Part shown: positions 27,879-43,575 of the stretch, one piece after another
How the letters are laid out: each line of letters starts with the position of its first letter
Position numbering within the stretch: the stretch's first letter is position 1
Source of the DNA: Ramazzottius varieornatus
Taxonomy: Eukaryota; Animalia; Tardigrada
DNA: 64,000 nt
Direction of reading: 5' to 3'
NCBI GenBank assembly: GCA_001949185.1
Contig: BDGG01000006.1
Coordinates: forward strand, 1,222,827 to 1,286,826
Position numbers and translations under genes: made by a program
Notes under the pieces: generated by a model
Seen by the model: only the letters and a program-made list of their open reading frames with translations
The model's database searches: none
Told to the model about the DNA's origin: nothing

Positions 27879-28531
27879 CAACCTTTTTATAGCTTTTCGA
27901 TCTTCCGCTGACAGTTCTGCTTTGCTTGGACCCGGTTATGCTTACGATGCGCATGTTTCCAGTTCTAGTTTTATTCCCAGTCATCAGTATAACTCCCTGA
28001 AGAGTTTATTTCTGTTCTTACGATATACCGTCCGCATTTTATCGCTACTTGTATGTGTTATTCTTGCCGAATATAAAGTTCACTTCCTGTTTCACAGTGT
28101 GGTGGTGGATGGGAAACTTGAAAGCGTCATGATGAAGTTACGTTGGGGGGTAGATCGAATGCGAGAAGTTCGGTGTGAGGTGCCGTAAGACCACTGTAAG
28201 AGTGAAACCAGGAAGCACCGAAAAGAAAACCCGCGACATCTTGTGTGGACCATTGAAACCTGAGTGACAGGTGTGGGCTTTTTCTTCACACTACGTAAAA
28301 ACAAAAGGAGGAGCGAAACCGTTTTGATTATACTATCGTTATATACAATCCAACCCACGCCAAGCAGAGCATGCTCTGACAAAGCCAGCAGTGCATTTTA
28401 GAACTTTGGCCAAGCAATATGTTTATCGAAGCTCATCGCCCAGATCGATACCACTCAAATCTACACAGCAAACTCAATTGGCCCCTCTTTGTCTGGCTGC
28501 ATGCAGGTCCACCGGAAGAAGACCAGCCGAA

Positions 28532-29547
28532 CTATGGGCAGACTCCGAATTCCACCTTTCGCATAAAAACAGGGCAGGACTTAGTTTTGTCAAAGTGCGA
28601 CAAGCCCATCAGAAGCAGGGGACAAACTTACGGTAAACTGGAACGTGTTGCTGGTCATGCCACATGCATTGAGGCAATACCGTGAATACGTTTGTCGCAG
28701 AGTCGTCGCCGCAGCACCGTTGACACCGATCAAGGCATTAACTACGGGAAGGTTTTGCGAGCCAATAAAACCCAGACCGTTAGGGTCAATTTCGACGAAG
28801 GGCTGGTCGATGATGGTAGGAGGATTGGTAACAGGTGGGTCGTTGTCGATTTGGGAGGAAACGACAGTAATGGTCACTGGAGTCAATCCAGAACCGCCGG
28901 TGTTACAGAAGAGAGGGTGTAATCCACCAACCGTCTAAAAGCATACAATTGGTCTTCATAGTCTACAACCGCTTCAAGAACGAGGATGAAGGTCAAGGAG
29001 AAACTTCTTACATTGATGGTCAGTCCGGGAATGGAGGCAGCCTGAACGTAGCTGCAAGAAACAGCAACAACTGCGGTCGTCGTTGGAGTGGCAGTAAACG
29101 GTCCGCAACAGGTACCATTCACCACCACTTCCTGTGGTGCGCACACTACCGGTACCGGTGGCCGACTGTCGCATCCACTGTTACCTGTAACAGTACCAAG
29201 TAAATGCTCATACGGAGGGTAGAAAAGGTAAGAGCGGCAGCTTCGTTGGGGGAGGGGGCAATTTTAACAGTCGTGAGACGGAAATGGCGGTAAAAACTAA
29301 AGAGGGGGTGGTACGTACACGAAGCTGGTTGTTCGTAGCTCAGCTTGCGGCTTTCCTCCACCGACACCTTGGCAGCCCGTCCACGTTGAATGCGGTTAAG
29401 TATCTCGTTGCCCAGTCGACGATCGAAGACTCGGTTGGATATTTCGACCGGGTTTCCGCTCCCGTATCCGGACGAACCCAGCGGCCAGTTAGGGTGAGCA
29501 GCAACACTGGCACAGACCACAACTAGCAAGAGAACCCAGCGAGCCAT
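28532..29547 (-). CDS. Uncharacterised secreted cysteine-rich protein (242 aa)
   Basis: Signal peptide MARWVLLLVVVCASVAA; exons 29547-29319, 29184-29012, 28934-28632 and 28555-28532 join in frame; 10 Cys in the C-terminal two-thirds. Confidence 0.7.
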
Positions 29548-30283
29548 TTTCGAGGTTGAAGCAAAAAAATTCCTGAAGTCAACGTTCCACCTGAGCTACT
29601 GATGAATAGACTTCCTGGAGAAATTACCAGGCTTTTATTAGACATTCTTCTGGCCGTAACTATTACTACATCAGGAAGTTTCTGGAAATTTTTCGCTTGC
29701 TGGAAGGTTGCACAATGCCACAGATATCATTTTCCGAAGCTCGAGCAATCAAAGCGCAATTTGATGGCTGGCTTCCGGGTAGTCAACTGTTCGCCGATCC
29801 AGGGTCGACGTTGAGTGGAGGAATGTAGGGGAAAGCTTAGGAGCTCTTCGGGGAATGCTGGCGAAAGTTAATCTGAAAGTGCTCGACTTTGGACCACTTT
29901 TGATTTTTGACGATGTAATATTAATAGGAGTATTTTGATGAATTGTGCAGAACTGTGGTAGGGAAGAAGCGAAAGTTTCCTCGATTTATGAATCGCACGC
30001 GTGGCTGGTTTATATCCCGCTCCAGTGCAAATGACTCTTTATTCTTTGGTGATGCATGATACCTAATACCACCATCAGAGCAGTTGAGAGAAAGTTACAA
30101 GAATGTATTGTTCGGCTGTCACATCTCCACTGTTCAGTCCGCAACGTAAAAAAACTCAATAAAGAATCAATTTCCACATTTTTCCACCACTATAACTAGG
30201 AATGATATCCGCAGTTGCCGTTTCTGTCTCGTCATCAATTGCATGACAGAACAGAGTGCCGGAGATAGGCGATGGAAGCCAGT

Positions 30284-33200
30284 TTAGAACTTGCCAACAC
30301 CATCGTCACATTTGCTGGTCTCCGTCGACTTTTTCAGCTGACGATCACAGGCATCCACCAGTCGAAATTGCTCTCGTTCCTGCCACACCACATCGTCCGC
30401 TGGTCCCCATTTGGCACCAGGTCCCATTAAACCATCCACGATGGGCTGCCAGAGAAAAATAATAGCACCTGTTATCGTTTGTCTTTAACGACCATCTTAT
30501 CGATCTGCAACACGTGCCTTGATAGGTTCCTTATGGTGGCGCAACAGCAAGCGATGGACGACCGTGCAGATGGCCCATGTCGGGATCGGCAGCACGATGG
30601 CAAAGACCAGAGTCCAGCCTAAACCATCAGCCCAAGCTGGATAAGGCTTCCCCGAGGCCGAGATGGGTTGATGAGTGAGGAGAGATGCCAGCAGAATGCA
30701 CTGCAGAAAGGCTTGATCAGATTAACACCCTGAATACCAAGCTTTTTGTGTCGGCAGATTACCAGCGTACTCACAGTGAGCACAGAACTTTAGCTGGAGG
30801 ATAAGGGAAGGCGTAACCCAAATTAACCAATAGACAACTTGAGAATTTTGAAATTGTGGAGATTAGCAGGCCGTAAAGGCCAACTTGGGAAAAGTAGCCC
30901 TGGCCGTTTTGATTTTTTTCTGGACGCACCGATGACACTAAGTTTGTCCCAGGCCCAATATCGGCAGAGGAAACTCTCCTCAGTGTTTCATTTTTTCCTA
31001 AACAGATGGTAGCTATGTATCTCGAGCAAAGACATGGAACGTAAAATACCCCCGAAACTGCCCGAAATCGCAAGGATTTTTCCAGTCTGCAGAAGTTGTA
31101 CTGATCAGTGGTCATCGGCTGCGTTTCGGTGATAAGACCGCAGACCAGGCAAAGAGAAAAAGTTTGATTCGAACCGGGGAAAATGGAAATTATGGGGAGC
31201 GAAAAAGTGCCGTATTGTACTCACAATGAGTACGGTGGTAATCAGGGTGTTAGAAATTATTGGTCGGGTTGTCCATAAACCAGAGACCGTATGTATATAC
31301 TGTGGGTCTTTGGTGAAGAAGAAGCGTTTACCGCGATGAGGATGGGTGTGATATATTTCCAGCAGATTTTGAGAATGACCGACGACTTGTAAGCCATCAT
31401 GAAAAGAAAGTCCTGCGCCAGGCGATCGACGCCATACATCCAGAATACTGCCAGACTCTCCGAGGTGGCAATGATTAGCAGCGAAATTCCGCCACCTGGG
31501 CAGGAAGAAACCTTGTCAGAACATGGACATTAACTGCGCCAGTTCCGGCCGATCTCACCGTATGTGTCCAGAAGATCGATGACGTACAGACCACCCTGGA
31601 AGAGCGTCGAAAATAACACTGGGGATAATGGTGGACACTGCGCTAGTTTGGAGGACAGTCTCTCACGTGTGTGACACAGGGCAAGGTGAGCAGAAAGAAG
31701 GCCGCGCAGAAGCCGATGGTCCACTTGGCCTTATGCTGCCGTTGACGCGGGAACTGGTCGAAGAGGGAAGTCAAAATGGGTTCCACACTGCCGAACTGAA
31801 ACAATCAAAGACAAACCTTATACTCATCCCCAGAATTGGAAAGATTTGTTGGAGCCAGACACCCTATACGAACCAATGAGTCGATGCCCAGCGAAAATAG
31901 CCTGAAACAAGAACAGGTATGGCCATCGTTGCACGACGACTAGTGAGCGGAAGTGGCCACTTACATCAGGAAGAACAAGACAGCCCACAGGTGTGGAGCC
32001 GGTAAGAGTTGGAGAGCTTCGGGGTAGACAGCAAAGGCCAGTCCTTGGCCACCTTTGCTGACGGACTCGATGGGCACACCCAGTTGTAGCGACAAGTGGC
32101 CCAGAACGGCAAAGATGCCCACACAAGCCATCAAGCTGGCCACTGTGTCCAGAATGCATACCGCCAAGGCGTCTCTGAAAGAAAAGCACTGCCTCAGAGC
32201 AGGGAAGAAGATCGTGCACCAATCGAAAAAAACAAACAAAGGGGGACCGTCTTCGCGATGTCGTGTTGCGCGAGACGTTTACTAGGTACGAACTTGGCGA
32301 CCTTGTGTCGAAATGGGTTGTAGGAGCCGAAGGTTATCAAGCTTCCATTGGTCACGCTAATGCCATAAAAGCACTGGGAAGCTGCATTGCGCCATGTCTA
32401 CAATAAAAAAGGTCCTTAATCTAGTTAGACGCCACCATTGGAGCACTGTCTAGTGGAGACGGCAGAACGAACCGTAGGAAATGGGTTGGATAGTTTCAAC
32501 TGTACCGGTAGACGTTCTCATCAGACTTACCGTGATGTCAATCAGCTTAGACCATTGCGGGGTAAACTAAAAGGGACGAAAGGACGGTAACATCAATTAG
32601 TTCGCACCATCAGCGGCTGGGACTTACGAGAAAGATCATCCCTCCCTTGGCTCCATCCAATGTCGCTCCGCGTATCATCAGCGCGAACAAGATGACATAG
32701 GGAAGGGTGGCTGTAAAGCGGACAGGCAAGTGAACCGATACATACTACGGAATGTCGGAAATACTCTCATCGTAAACTTGACGATTGGCGCGTGAAAGTA
32801 TGAGTATCGTACTATCAATACTTTCAGGCGCTGGTTATTTACCTGTGACATAGACGACCTTGCCGGCCGATTCTACACCTTTGATCAAGCCCAAACAGAC
32901 CATCGTCCAACAGGCAAGCACGCACCTGCAAACAGAGTTACTCGCAGTTACGACCATCAATAAACTGCAAATGCGAAAATGGCGCATTTCAAGACTTACA
33001 CCGCCAGCGGCCAGACAATACCACCGAGATGATCGATGGTATACTCGGTGCCATTTAGCCGTATTTGCAGAACCTGATTCTCGAAATACTGTTCCGGTGA
33101 TGGCTGTTGACGGCTGGTGTTGACCCAGTGGACAGAGTCCGTGCTGATGGCCGACTCGTTCACGAACAACCAGGAAACGTTGCTGGCCATTGACGAAAGC

Positions 33201-35312
33201 ATGATCCAGCTCTTCTCCCCCGTACTGTTGACCATCGCGCTACTCTCGTTTGAGCTCGAGCGATCGAAGCAGTCATTGTTGGCCCATTGGGGATCACACC
33301 AGCTCCACGGCAAGGGCTCGTGCAGCACTACAGCGCGCAGTGTCACCATCATGTAGTAGATGGAGTAACTGACCAACACATCTACAATCAACAAATTACG
33401 TTGTACTTCAAATCAACCCCACTGGAAGCTCGGCAAGCAGACTCAGAGTTTTTCCTGTCCCATACACCATGGCACACGAGCTACAATGTACCAAAAAATT
33501 AACCGTCGAAAATGGGTGCTGCATGGAGCCAGGTGGAAGTGACGAATGAAATTTGCCCATGGAACGAGCCACAGTTCTTAGTGGTCACATGTTATTAAGG
33601 TCCAGTTCGGTTGTCACGCCCATCAGTGACGATTAATCTTTTGGTACACTGTACAATGGACAGGTTACGGTCCCACGCGCTCAGTTTGTTAGGTCCCGAT
33701 CAGCTGATCGGTGAACCAAGGTGGTAGTGTGGCAGTGCCACTAATCAACCGTACACCGTACAGTCGGCTGGGATGACGTATCGATCGGTCAGAAGTCAGA
33801 AGCGAGGAAACACAACCTGCTCACTGTAGCTCATGTTAGAGCACGGAATCTGGCCGCATGCGCTGCACTGTACTGTAAGTTAGCTGTGCTGTGCTGCAGC
33901 ACAGCTGCAGCGCGTGAACTGACGAAATTTGTGCGGCACAGCACAGCATACAGCAGAAAGCCATAGACTACCGCGCAAATGCACCTACCGAAACCTAACA
34001 AGAATTACAGTTTTTAGGCATTCGAATGTCAGCCGTCTCAGCTTTGCCGTACTTTGGGGCAACGTTCTCCTGGTTGACTACCGATTTCGCTGACTGAATT
34101 ACGAACCACGTCAATACATCGGCGTTCTTCGCAGTTGCACCAGGTCAACGTGCGTCTGCGGCACAGCTGCTTAGCCACTGGGCATGAAAGTTGTGCAGCA
34201 CAGCGCAGCGTACAGTGTCCTGGTAATAAGCGCAGCACAGTTACAGCGTACTTTTGGACCTGCGGCCCAGTGCTCTAGCTCGGGTGCCATTGCCAATGGG
34301 ACAGGAGTCACAGGAAAACCTCTGAGCAGACTAGACAAGACTATTGTCTCAAGTGACTCACAGTCCCAGCCAAAAATAGGTTAAACATGCGCCACTTCGG
34401 AATAGAAATCTTGTCGAGTTGCCAAGTGGCGCACTTGTCCGAAGTTATTGGCTCAGAGCGTGCGCCACCGGGCCAAACGCTTCCATCAAGTCTGTTTGCC
34501 CAGCTCCCAACTATGGTCGTCTTATTTGAAATGGTTTTACTGTAATAGCAGAGAACAATGACGTTCATCAGGATCATGGCAATGCCGATTCCTCCGGACA
34601 ATGGCGTCAGTCGTCTAAAGAGGGTCCAGGGACCCAAACTGCAGTATTGTCCGAGGGATAATTCCATGAAGAAGAGAGGCTTGCCGCACAGGAACAGTAC
34701 TACAAATACAGTGTGGTGAGGAAAGACGACGTCACAACATGGCCATGAATCTCGGGGGACCTTGGCTTACTGATGAAATAAGGAATGAGAAAGGCCCCTC
34801 CGCCATTGTTGTAGCAGACATAGGGGAACCTCCAGACGTTACCAATGCCCACGGCCAGGCCGACAAGCGACAGGAAGAACTCGCGGCCATTGGCCCAGTT
34901 GGCGCGAGCAGGAGTTGGTGGTGCAATGATGGACATGACGAGAATGGACTGCCTGACTGTTTTCGTATCATCAGCGTCATTTTACTTGCAATAATGTTGT
35001 GCGAGTTTCGAGTACTTGCGGGATATTCATGAGCTCGACCGACATTGAACTATTAGATATCGCTATGCATTGGCACACATGTTCAAGTTATGAAATTACC
35101 TGTGATGGCCCTGTACTTTGGAAGCATGCGTCAGTAAACATACATGTCCAGTCTCAAGTACGTTACTTGATGTGAACCGCAATATGGACTACATTCTCAT
35201 TCGGAGAAGGAGTGAGTCCGTGACGACGGCGGTTCTTGGGCTGTCCTCGTAACTCCCTGGCCGCATCACAGCTTCCTTCCCCATCGAGTGACCGCTCGAG
35301 CGAAGGCTCCAT
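30284..35312 (-). CDS. SLC6 sodium:neurotransmitter symporter family transporter (amino-acid type), multi-exon
   Basis: [49 protein letters not shown]...[66 protein letters not shown]; TM1 has Gly rather than the monoamine-type Asp. First exon (35312-35167) less certain. Confidence 0.92.
30722..31253. mobile_element. TTAA-flanked inverted-repeat element in an SLC6 intron
   Basis: TTAA-CACCCTGA...TACCAGCGTACTCACAGTGAG on the left, inverted copy CTCACAATGAGTACGGTGGTAATCAGGGTG-TTAG on the right; left TIR interrupted by ~23 nt. Confidence 0.65.
33482..33653. mobile_element. Tc1-like MITE (172 bp)
   Basis: TACAATGTACCAAAAAATTAACCGTC / GACGATTAATCTTTTGGTACACTGTA with TA ends. Confidence 0.75.
33837..34277. 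mobile_element. Non-autonomous hAT-type element
   Basis: TAGAGCAC...GTGCTCTA termini, TSD gctcatgt/gctcgggt (6/8), subterminal GCACAGC repeats. Confidence 0.7.
34320..34508. repeat. Family A, 2 units, SLC6 intron
   Basis: Two stem-loops, right terminus TTTGCCCAGCTCC. Confidence 0.75.
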
Positions 35313-36089
35313 GGTCACTTCTCACCTAGGATACTTCCAGCGCTGTTCCCATCTATGAATACGGTGGCGCTGAGCTGGCCAAAGGACCAGCAATCATCAC
35401 CTATTCCTTTCTACTAACTCAGCTATTCTCTCTTTCCAGCACTTTCTTTTTCTTCTTCTTCTGGTACTTCTTTTTTACTGTCCTTCCACTTTAGATCTCA
35501 TTCTATATTTCCAACTTCTATTTCATCCTTCTACTCTATTTTTACCCTCCGTTTTATTCTCCTCAATTCTCCTTTTCATGGTTCTCTTCCTGCCGTTCCA
35601 CCATACATCAAATTCACCATCAGAGACCTCGCGAAAGAAGCCTTCAACCGCCTTCGTGAATTTGGATCTGCTTCACTTCTAGAACTTGACCGAGAACTGC
35701 TATTGGCACGACGAGCACGTCGTGATGCGGACCACAAATTTATTATGAAACCTGCACGGATTTTGTCATTTCAAAAGATTTTCATCGACGTGATGATCGA
35801 CATTCACCCTCAGCAAAGAACAGATCGAGAACAGCAGAAATTGGCAAAGATTAAAAATTCAAGCGTGCAAACAAGAACAAGTCGTCAGAAACCAGAAGAG
35901 TTTAAAAGATAAAGCGTCAAGCGAAGAGCAACAATCCTCGGTGGAATCTGTAAACTCGAAAAGAGAGAAAGCCGAAAGTGGACAAAGAGATTTCAAAAGG
36001 TAAAACGGCAAAGCAGAAGCTTCTGCCCAACCATCTTGTCACGAACTGCGGAGGATCATGTATTATTGCTTCCGCATTCATGATTCTCT

Positions 36090-38259
<2,170 letters not shown>

Positions 38260-40034
38260 AATCGAACTGCAAGAACAAAGAACCTTTGTAAGAGGTACTG
38301 TACAGGCGAGAGATTAAAAGAAATGAAATCTCTGACGGGGTACAAAAAGTTCATAAAGTTACATAAGTTTACGTGGTGCACCCTCTCTACGGTAGCTTAC
38401 CGTGGTCGGATGTGAGTAAACGAACAAAGCAAGATCAGGGGATTCCGGTCGGTTCTACAGTGCGGGATTTCTAAGGATGTAGAGCACAAAAGATCCCTGG
38501 CGTCTGAAGACTGAATGATAAGATGCTGGAGAAAGAAAATCTCTGAAGTCTGCGACGATTTCCCAAGCAGAGATCGCAAAGTGAGCGATGAGCTAGGTTA
38601 GAAGTGCGTCACCAACAAGAAACTGCGCGACAGGGGTGTGCTCGGGAACAGAGGCGCTGTGCCCTTCATCACAAATGGCGTTCCAGCACGAACCTGCGTG
38701 GCAGAGACCGCCCTTGTGATGAGTAAATAGGCGTTTATTTGGGCCAATGCGATGAGTCATCTTGGCATACGAGATCAATGGGCTTGGTCCGGCACAAGTA
38801 CAAACTGCAGGTGGCGCCAGCGGCTCAAAATACAGACCGAGCTGACCGCTACTTTCTGATTCGACCAATTGTGCAAGTCCGCCTTTTCTGGCGTCTCGAC
38901 CTGGACCTGGCACTGGCACGGTTGAAACTCAAAGGGATTCCACGCGTTGCACGCCAGCTGATTTTGCCTGTTCGCTTCCGTAACGGCTTCAAGATTGAAA
39001 CTTTCGCAGTCGAAGTGTGTAGCGTTGCCGGATTCTGGAAGAACTTCTCGTTCTTGCTCATCCCTGGCACACTGACGGACTGGACTCATCTGAGTCATGT
39101 CCTTCCCGATCATCCTTCCACAAGTTTCTTACTTGCATCCCGTTCTTCTTCGCTCAGTTCCCAGGTATGTTCTCTCTGAATTTAAGTTCGATGAGCAGGT
39201 CCAGCCAATCTAATAATCCATTTCGAATGACTGAAAAAGAGCAGCCATCAGATTGAGGCTTATTTCCGGGCCGGCGAACGATGTCATGCGTCTGTACCTG
39301 GTCGGGGCTGCGCCCACTTGTCAGTAATGCAGTAGGCCCAATCGCGATGTATTGCAAGGGTACCGTGTCGCGGCAACCGCATGTACAGCGAATGCGTCAA
39401 AGACTCAAAGTACTTGTATCGCTTGATCAGCTATGGCTGATTGATCAAATCGGTTGATCAACTTGATCAAGTTGTGGAAAGAACCTTGCAATTGACCGTG
39501 TTTATCAGCTCTTCTTTGTGCATCTACCGCGTTTATCTCAGTTCGCCAAGCGCTCAGAACCTCACAGAGGGTTCTTGATAGCGATGTATGAAAGCGGAAA
39601 TAGATGGGCTCGTTTGGGCAATATAAGTTATCCGAGCGGTTCCTTCGCGCACACCGATGGATGACTCCATCGAGAAACCATGCAGGACGCTGCCATCGAG
39701 TTGACATTGTTCAAAATGCAAACAGGCCATAAAGGAAACGCGCACGATAAAGTTATGATTGTACGTATTTGCGAAGCGAGACACGTACAAGGCAGCAACC
39801 GAACCTCGATCAGATAATCGGCGCAGCACAAACACATTCCAACTGTCCGTAACCGAGTTTCGGAAAATCAGATCATTCCACTTGTTGCATATGCAGCGTT
39901 GGCCTTCCTTCCTCCTATTTGACTGTACTTGGTTTGCATATCCGTGATCAAGTTTCCATCAGGAATCCGTGAGTTAGAGTGGAAACCGCTCTTTGTTTTC
40001 TTTGCAGGATTTCCTGGAAGGAACTTCGCCAAAG

Positions 40035-41475
40035 ATGGGTTTGTCTGCCATCTTTCGTGGATTCCGAGGAGCTTCGCCGTTGCTGGTCTTCCTGGTGCTG
40101 ATGTTCGGCGTCTCGGGTGAGAATATACTTCTCTGTCCCCTGTTTCTGTTGAGGAACCAGTATCGGAATGTGGGAGATCGGCAAACAAACTCAACCAGGT
40201 CGCTTTTCAAGTGGCGCGCGCTTCCAGTTGATAACACTGTCAATGTGCGCCACTTGAAGACCAAACCCGTCAAGTTGCGCAGGCGTTCAGTGTCATAAGC
40301 TGAAAGGGCGCACCACTTGGGAAACGATCTGGCCGAGTTTGCCGGAAGTGGGTGGGTTTTGGCGTCTAATGTATTAATTCGTTCTTTGATTGTTGATTGC
40401 GTTTGTCCCTTTACAGTGGCCAAAGCTGGCATGCAGTGTGGCGACAGTGGCTTGTCCTGTCCAAGCATTCTAGGAGGAATCACCAGTATTGGGGCTTCCG
40501 GCAGCTCGTCAGTTGGTGGAGACTACTGCTGCCGCCGTAGTGGTAACGTGCCTTTCTGCTGCGACTTTGACACCTTTGTCAGCAACTGGTAAGTGGAGTG
40601 GTCTCCCCCACGTTTTCCACTTCATGGTCCTTGACAAGGTGCTGACTTGTTGTCTTTGCTCTTTAGGACTGGACTGACCGTCGCAGCCATCGTCGGAATC
40701 GCCATCGGGTGCCTGGTAAGCTTTCGTTAACTTCCGTCCGGTGACGTTCAAAGTAAACCAACCAACCGAATTTTCGAGATATCAAAACATGCCTATTGTT
40801 CAGAACGTCGGCATACGAATTACCCAGATCGTTATCCCAAGTGGCGCACGCTCTTAGCCGATGACACTGACAACATGCGCCGCGTGCGAACTCGGCAAGG
40901 TCGCTTTCTCAAGTGGCGCACGTGACCAGCGCTAAAGGCTGACAGGGTGCGCCACTTAGGAACCCAGCAAGATCGTTTTTACATGTGGCGTACGCTATCA
41001 GCCATCAACAGCGTAAGCGTGCGCCCCTTTGAACAGCAATCGTTTGCCAACGTTCCATTTACCGAAACGATTCCGAAAAATACTCCTAAAAATTCCCTGA
41101 AAAGTTCAGCGTGAAGTGAGAAGTTATTCTGTAGGTTGCTGTCATCCTCTTCTTCGTGCTGTGCTGCTGTTGTTGCGGCCTGTGCTGTTTTGGATAGACG
41201 AGGAAGAAGAGTCCATCCAGAAAGCGCAGCACGCCACGTCTTTGCATGCCTTTAACCTCGCTTTTTATACTAAGACTAGAAAGCTGAGATTAATCGGTGA
41301 ATTCGTCTAGTTATTGTACCTCGTTTTTCTTCTGTGCTTGTAGATGGGTCTTCTGCTCTTCTTTGTCTGTTGCTGCTGGATGTGTGCGTGCTGCTGCTTC
41401 CGCCGACGTCGCGTTCTCATTACCCAACACATCTCATCCGTTCCTTATCAACAGCACCAACAGCAACATAACTAG
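40035..41475 (+). CDS. Shisa-like single-pass membrane protein with two alternative terminal exons (121 or 144 aa)
   Basis: Signal peptide exon 40035-40116; C..C..CC..CC ectodomain 40417-40588; first half of TM 40667-40715; last exon either 41135-41197 (VAVILFFVLCCCCCGLCCFG*) or 41344-41475 (MGLLLFFVCCCWMCACCCFRRRR...PYQQHQQQHN*). Confidence 0.8.
40805..41052. repeat. Family A, 3 units (and 2 units at ~40176-40345), Shisa-like introns
   Basis: Stems at ~40839, ~40911 and ~40983, period ~72 bp. Confidence 0.85.
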
Positions 41476-42109
41476 AGATAGTTCTTCCTTATCGGTTAGA
41501 CTTCCTTCAAGATAATTTATTGCTTTTGTTGCAAGACGTGCTTACAAGATGTTCTTCCTTTCACTTTTCGACATAATCCTTTGTTTCCTCGTGTGAATAG
41601 TCACTGATCGTTTCGGTGTTATCATTCCATACTGTTGACTGCGTCTGAACGCGAAACAATGTTATCGATGTAACCCATTTCTCTATGCGGAACAATAGCC
41701 ACTTACAGTTAACACACGGCTGCTCTTGAAATTCATCCATAAATATACAAACATCGTGTATCAGGTGTCACTTCAACCAACTCTACGTGATGGCATTCTA
41801 CCAGTCTGCACCAGAAAGATGTGTTTTTGAGTCTTGTCAATAGCAGAAAGGAGTTTCGAACCAGGAAGCTGGGTTCGAATAAGAGGCGAGATTTTGCACA
41901 CACTCGTTGAGTCTTCCACATTAATTTCCGCGATGACGTCATAGGCACGTGACTTCAGTAGCTTCGATAACGTATCACGTGGAACAGTAACAATGAAGCT
42001 TTTTATGGTACAGTAGCAGGTCTTCGGGCCTTCGTCTCCAGCACTTGAACGTTTTATGCTGGAAGTTGACTGTCAAGGCGTGTAATACGGGCACGAATGA
42101 GTTTTTCTA

Positions 42110-42620
42110 GAGCTTCGACGAGAAAATCAATTTAAGCTCAAAATAAGGATGAGATGACAGCAATATAAAATGGAAAAAGCGGTGGAATGACTGCGGTACA
42201 CTGCGGAACCATACACTTGGTCGGAAAAGTGGCATGAGAAAACAGAAGTAACAAGAAGCCGATGGATAAAGACTTATGGTACAAAGTCGGAAGGACCAAT
42301 GAACTAGTGACCAGGAACAGCGTCGAACCCGTCGTCCATGAAGTCCGCCACGACCATGTTGATGGGTTCCTCGACAGGACTGGTATTGCTTGGCGCCAAC
42401 ATCAGTCTATGCTGCAGTTCTTCTTTGTGAACCTCGGTGGTGATGGAACGCAAGTTGTTAGTGGAGAACGAAAAACTGAGGACCTGAAACGCCATCAGTC
42501 TGCGGAGCCCCTCGAGTAAAATCAAAGATAGCCCAAAAACGTCGTCGATATCTGCGAAGGAGTTTCTTTGACACAACTGTGACATCCAGCAGGGACCGCC
42601 GCAGTTTACTTATGGTTTGC
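42110..42620 (-). pseudogene. Duplicated 3' end (C-terminal tail plus 3' UTR) of the RXR-like gene
   Basis: [50 protein letters not shown] vs [51 protein letters not shown]; shared UTR blocks (CTTCGAC..AGAAAATCAA; ACTGCGG.ACACTG). Confidence 0.75.
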
Positions 42621-43087
42621 GCTGTCATGGTGGTCAACCACATGTACCGCGTAAGCGAGTTGGCACTCGCGTATTCACTATTCTCTTGTGGTTGAGGTCC
42701 GATCATTGAGCACGGAGGACAAGGGCAATGGGGATGAACACTGAAAAAGGGTACGTGGCGGAACCGCCCACTTTACTCGTCAATCTTGAAGTAGTGACGA
42801 CGGAACTGCCGCATTTTTGTCGTCAGAAACCAATGGGCGAATATTTCACAGTCTAGAGTACCCATGAAGTTCCCTTCAAAAGTCACGCCGGTGTTCGGAA
42901 ACGTCGTTTTCGTGACTTGGAAGTGTTCTCCCCTAGTAAAAACATGCAGGGTTAATATTCACCCGAACAGAACTCAGGTTAAATTATTGAACATTAATTT
43001 GGGTGTAAACTGGTCTTTTGGGGAAGATGTAACTGACCAGCAGGACCAGCACTATCATAGCAACCGAAACGGTTGCATTATGCCAGT

Positions 43088-43571
43088 TAGTGCTGGTAAC
43101 GATACGGTATATCGATATCGGAAGGAAAAATATCGAATCTTTGCGATAAAATACGCGGCAGATATCGTATCGCACCATATCGATATATTTTCGATGTATC
43201 GGCATTTTGCTAAATGGCAAACGTAGCAATAATATGGGTAAGCGGCAGAGTAAGTTAGTAAGACGAAGTCTAATTCCGCAAGTATGGAACGCGAATCGAA
43301 ACCGAACGAAACACTGACAGCCAATCAAAAGAGCAGGTTTGCTAAGGTAAGGTCAGCTGATTGGATGAGAATTGGTTGCAGTTTCTCCTCATTGCAAGTT
43401 CTCTATGATGCCGTTTGGTCACGGTTTACTCATTTCAAAACCTTGATTCTGGCCATCGTATGCCGACCAAGTAAGAACGCTCCGCCCATTCGATTTTGGT
43501 ACTAACTTAATTCTATCCAGGTTTCCATGTGTTTGAAGTCTTGGTATAGTCACGAATTTTTGCCAGCACTA
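43088..43571. mobile_element. Non-autonomous hAT-type element
   Basis: TAGTGCTGG...CCAGCACTA termini, perfect 8-bp TSD ATGCCAGT (43080-43087 and 43572-43579), subterminal TATCG repeats. Confidence 0.9.
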
Positions 43572-43575
43572 ATGC

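Noticed and set aside
35400-35912. Pyrimidine-rich tract and short ORF between GRB2 and SLC6
   Set aside because: Low complexity; no termini, TSD or domain identifiable
38593-39400. Several overlapping 70-146-aa ORFs upstream of GRB2
   Set aside because: No recognisable domain and no consistent splice model
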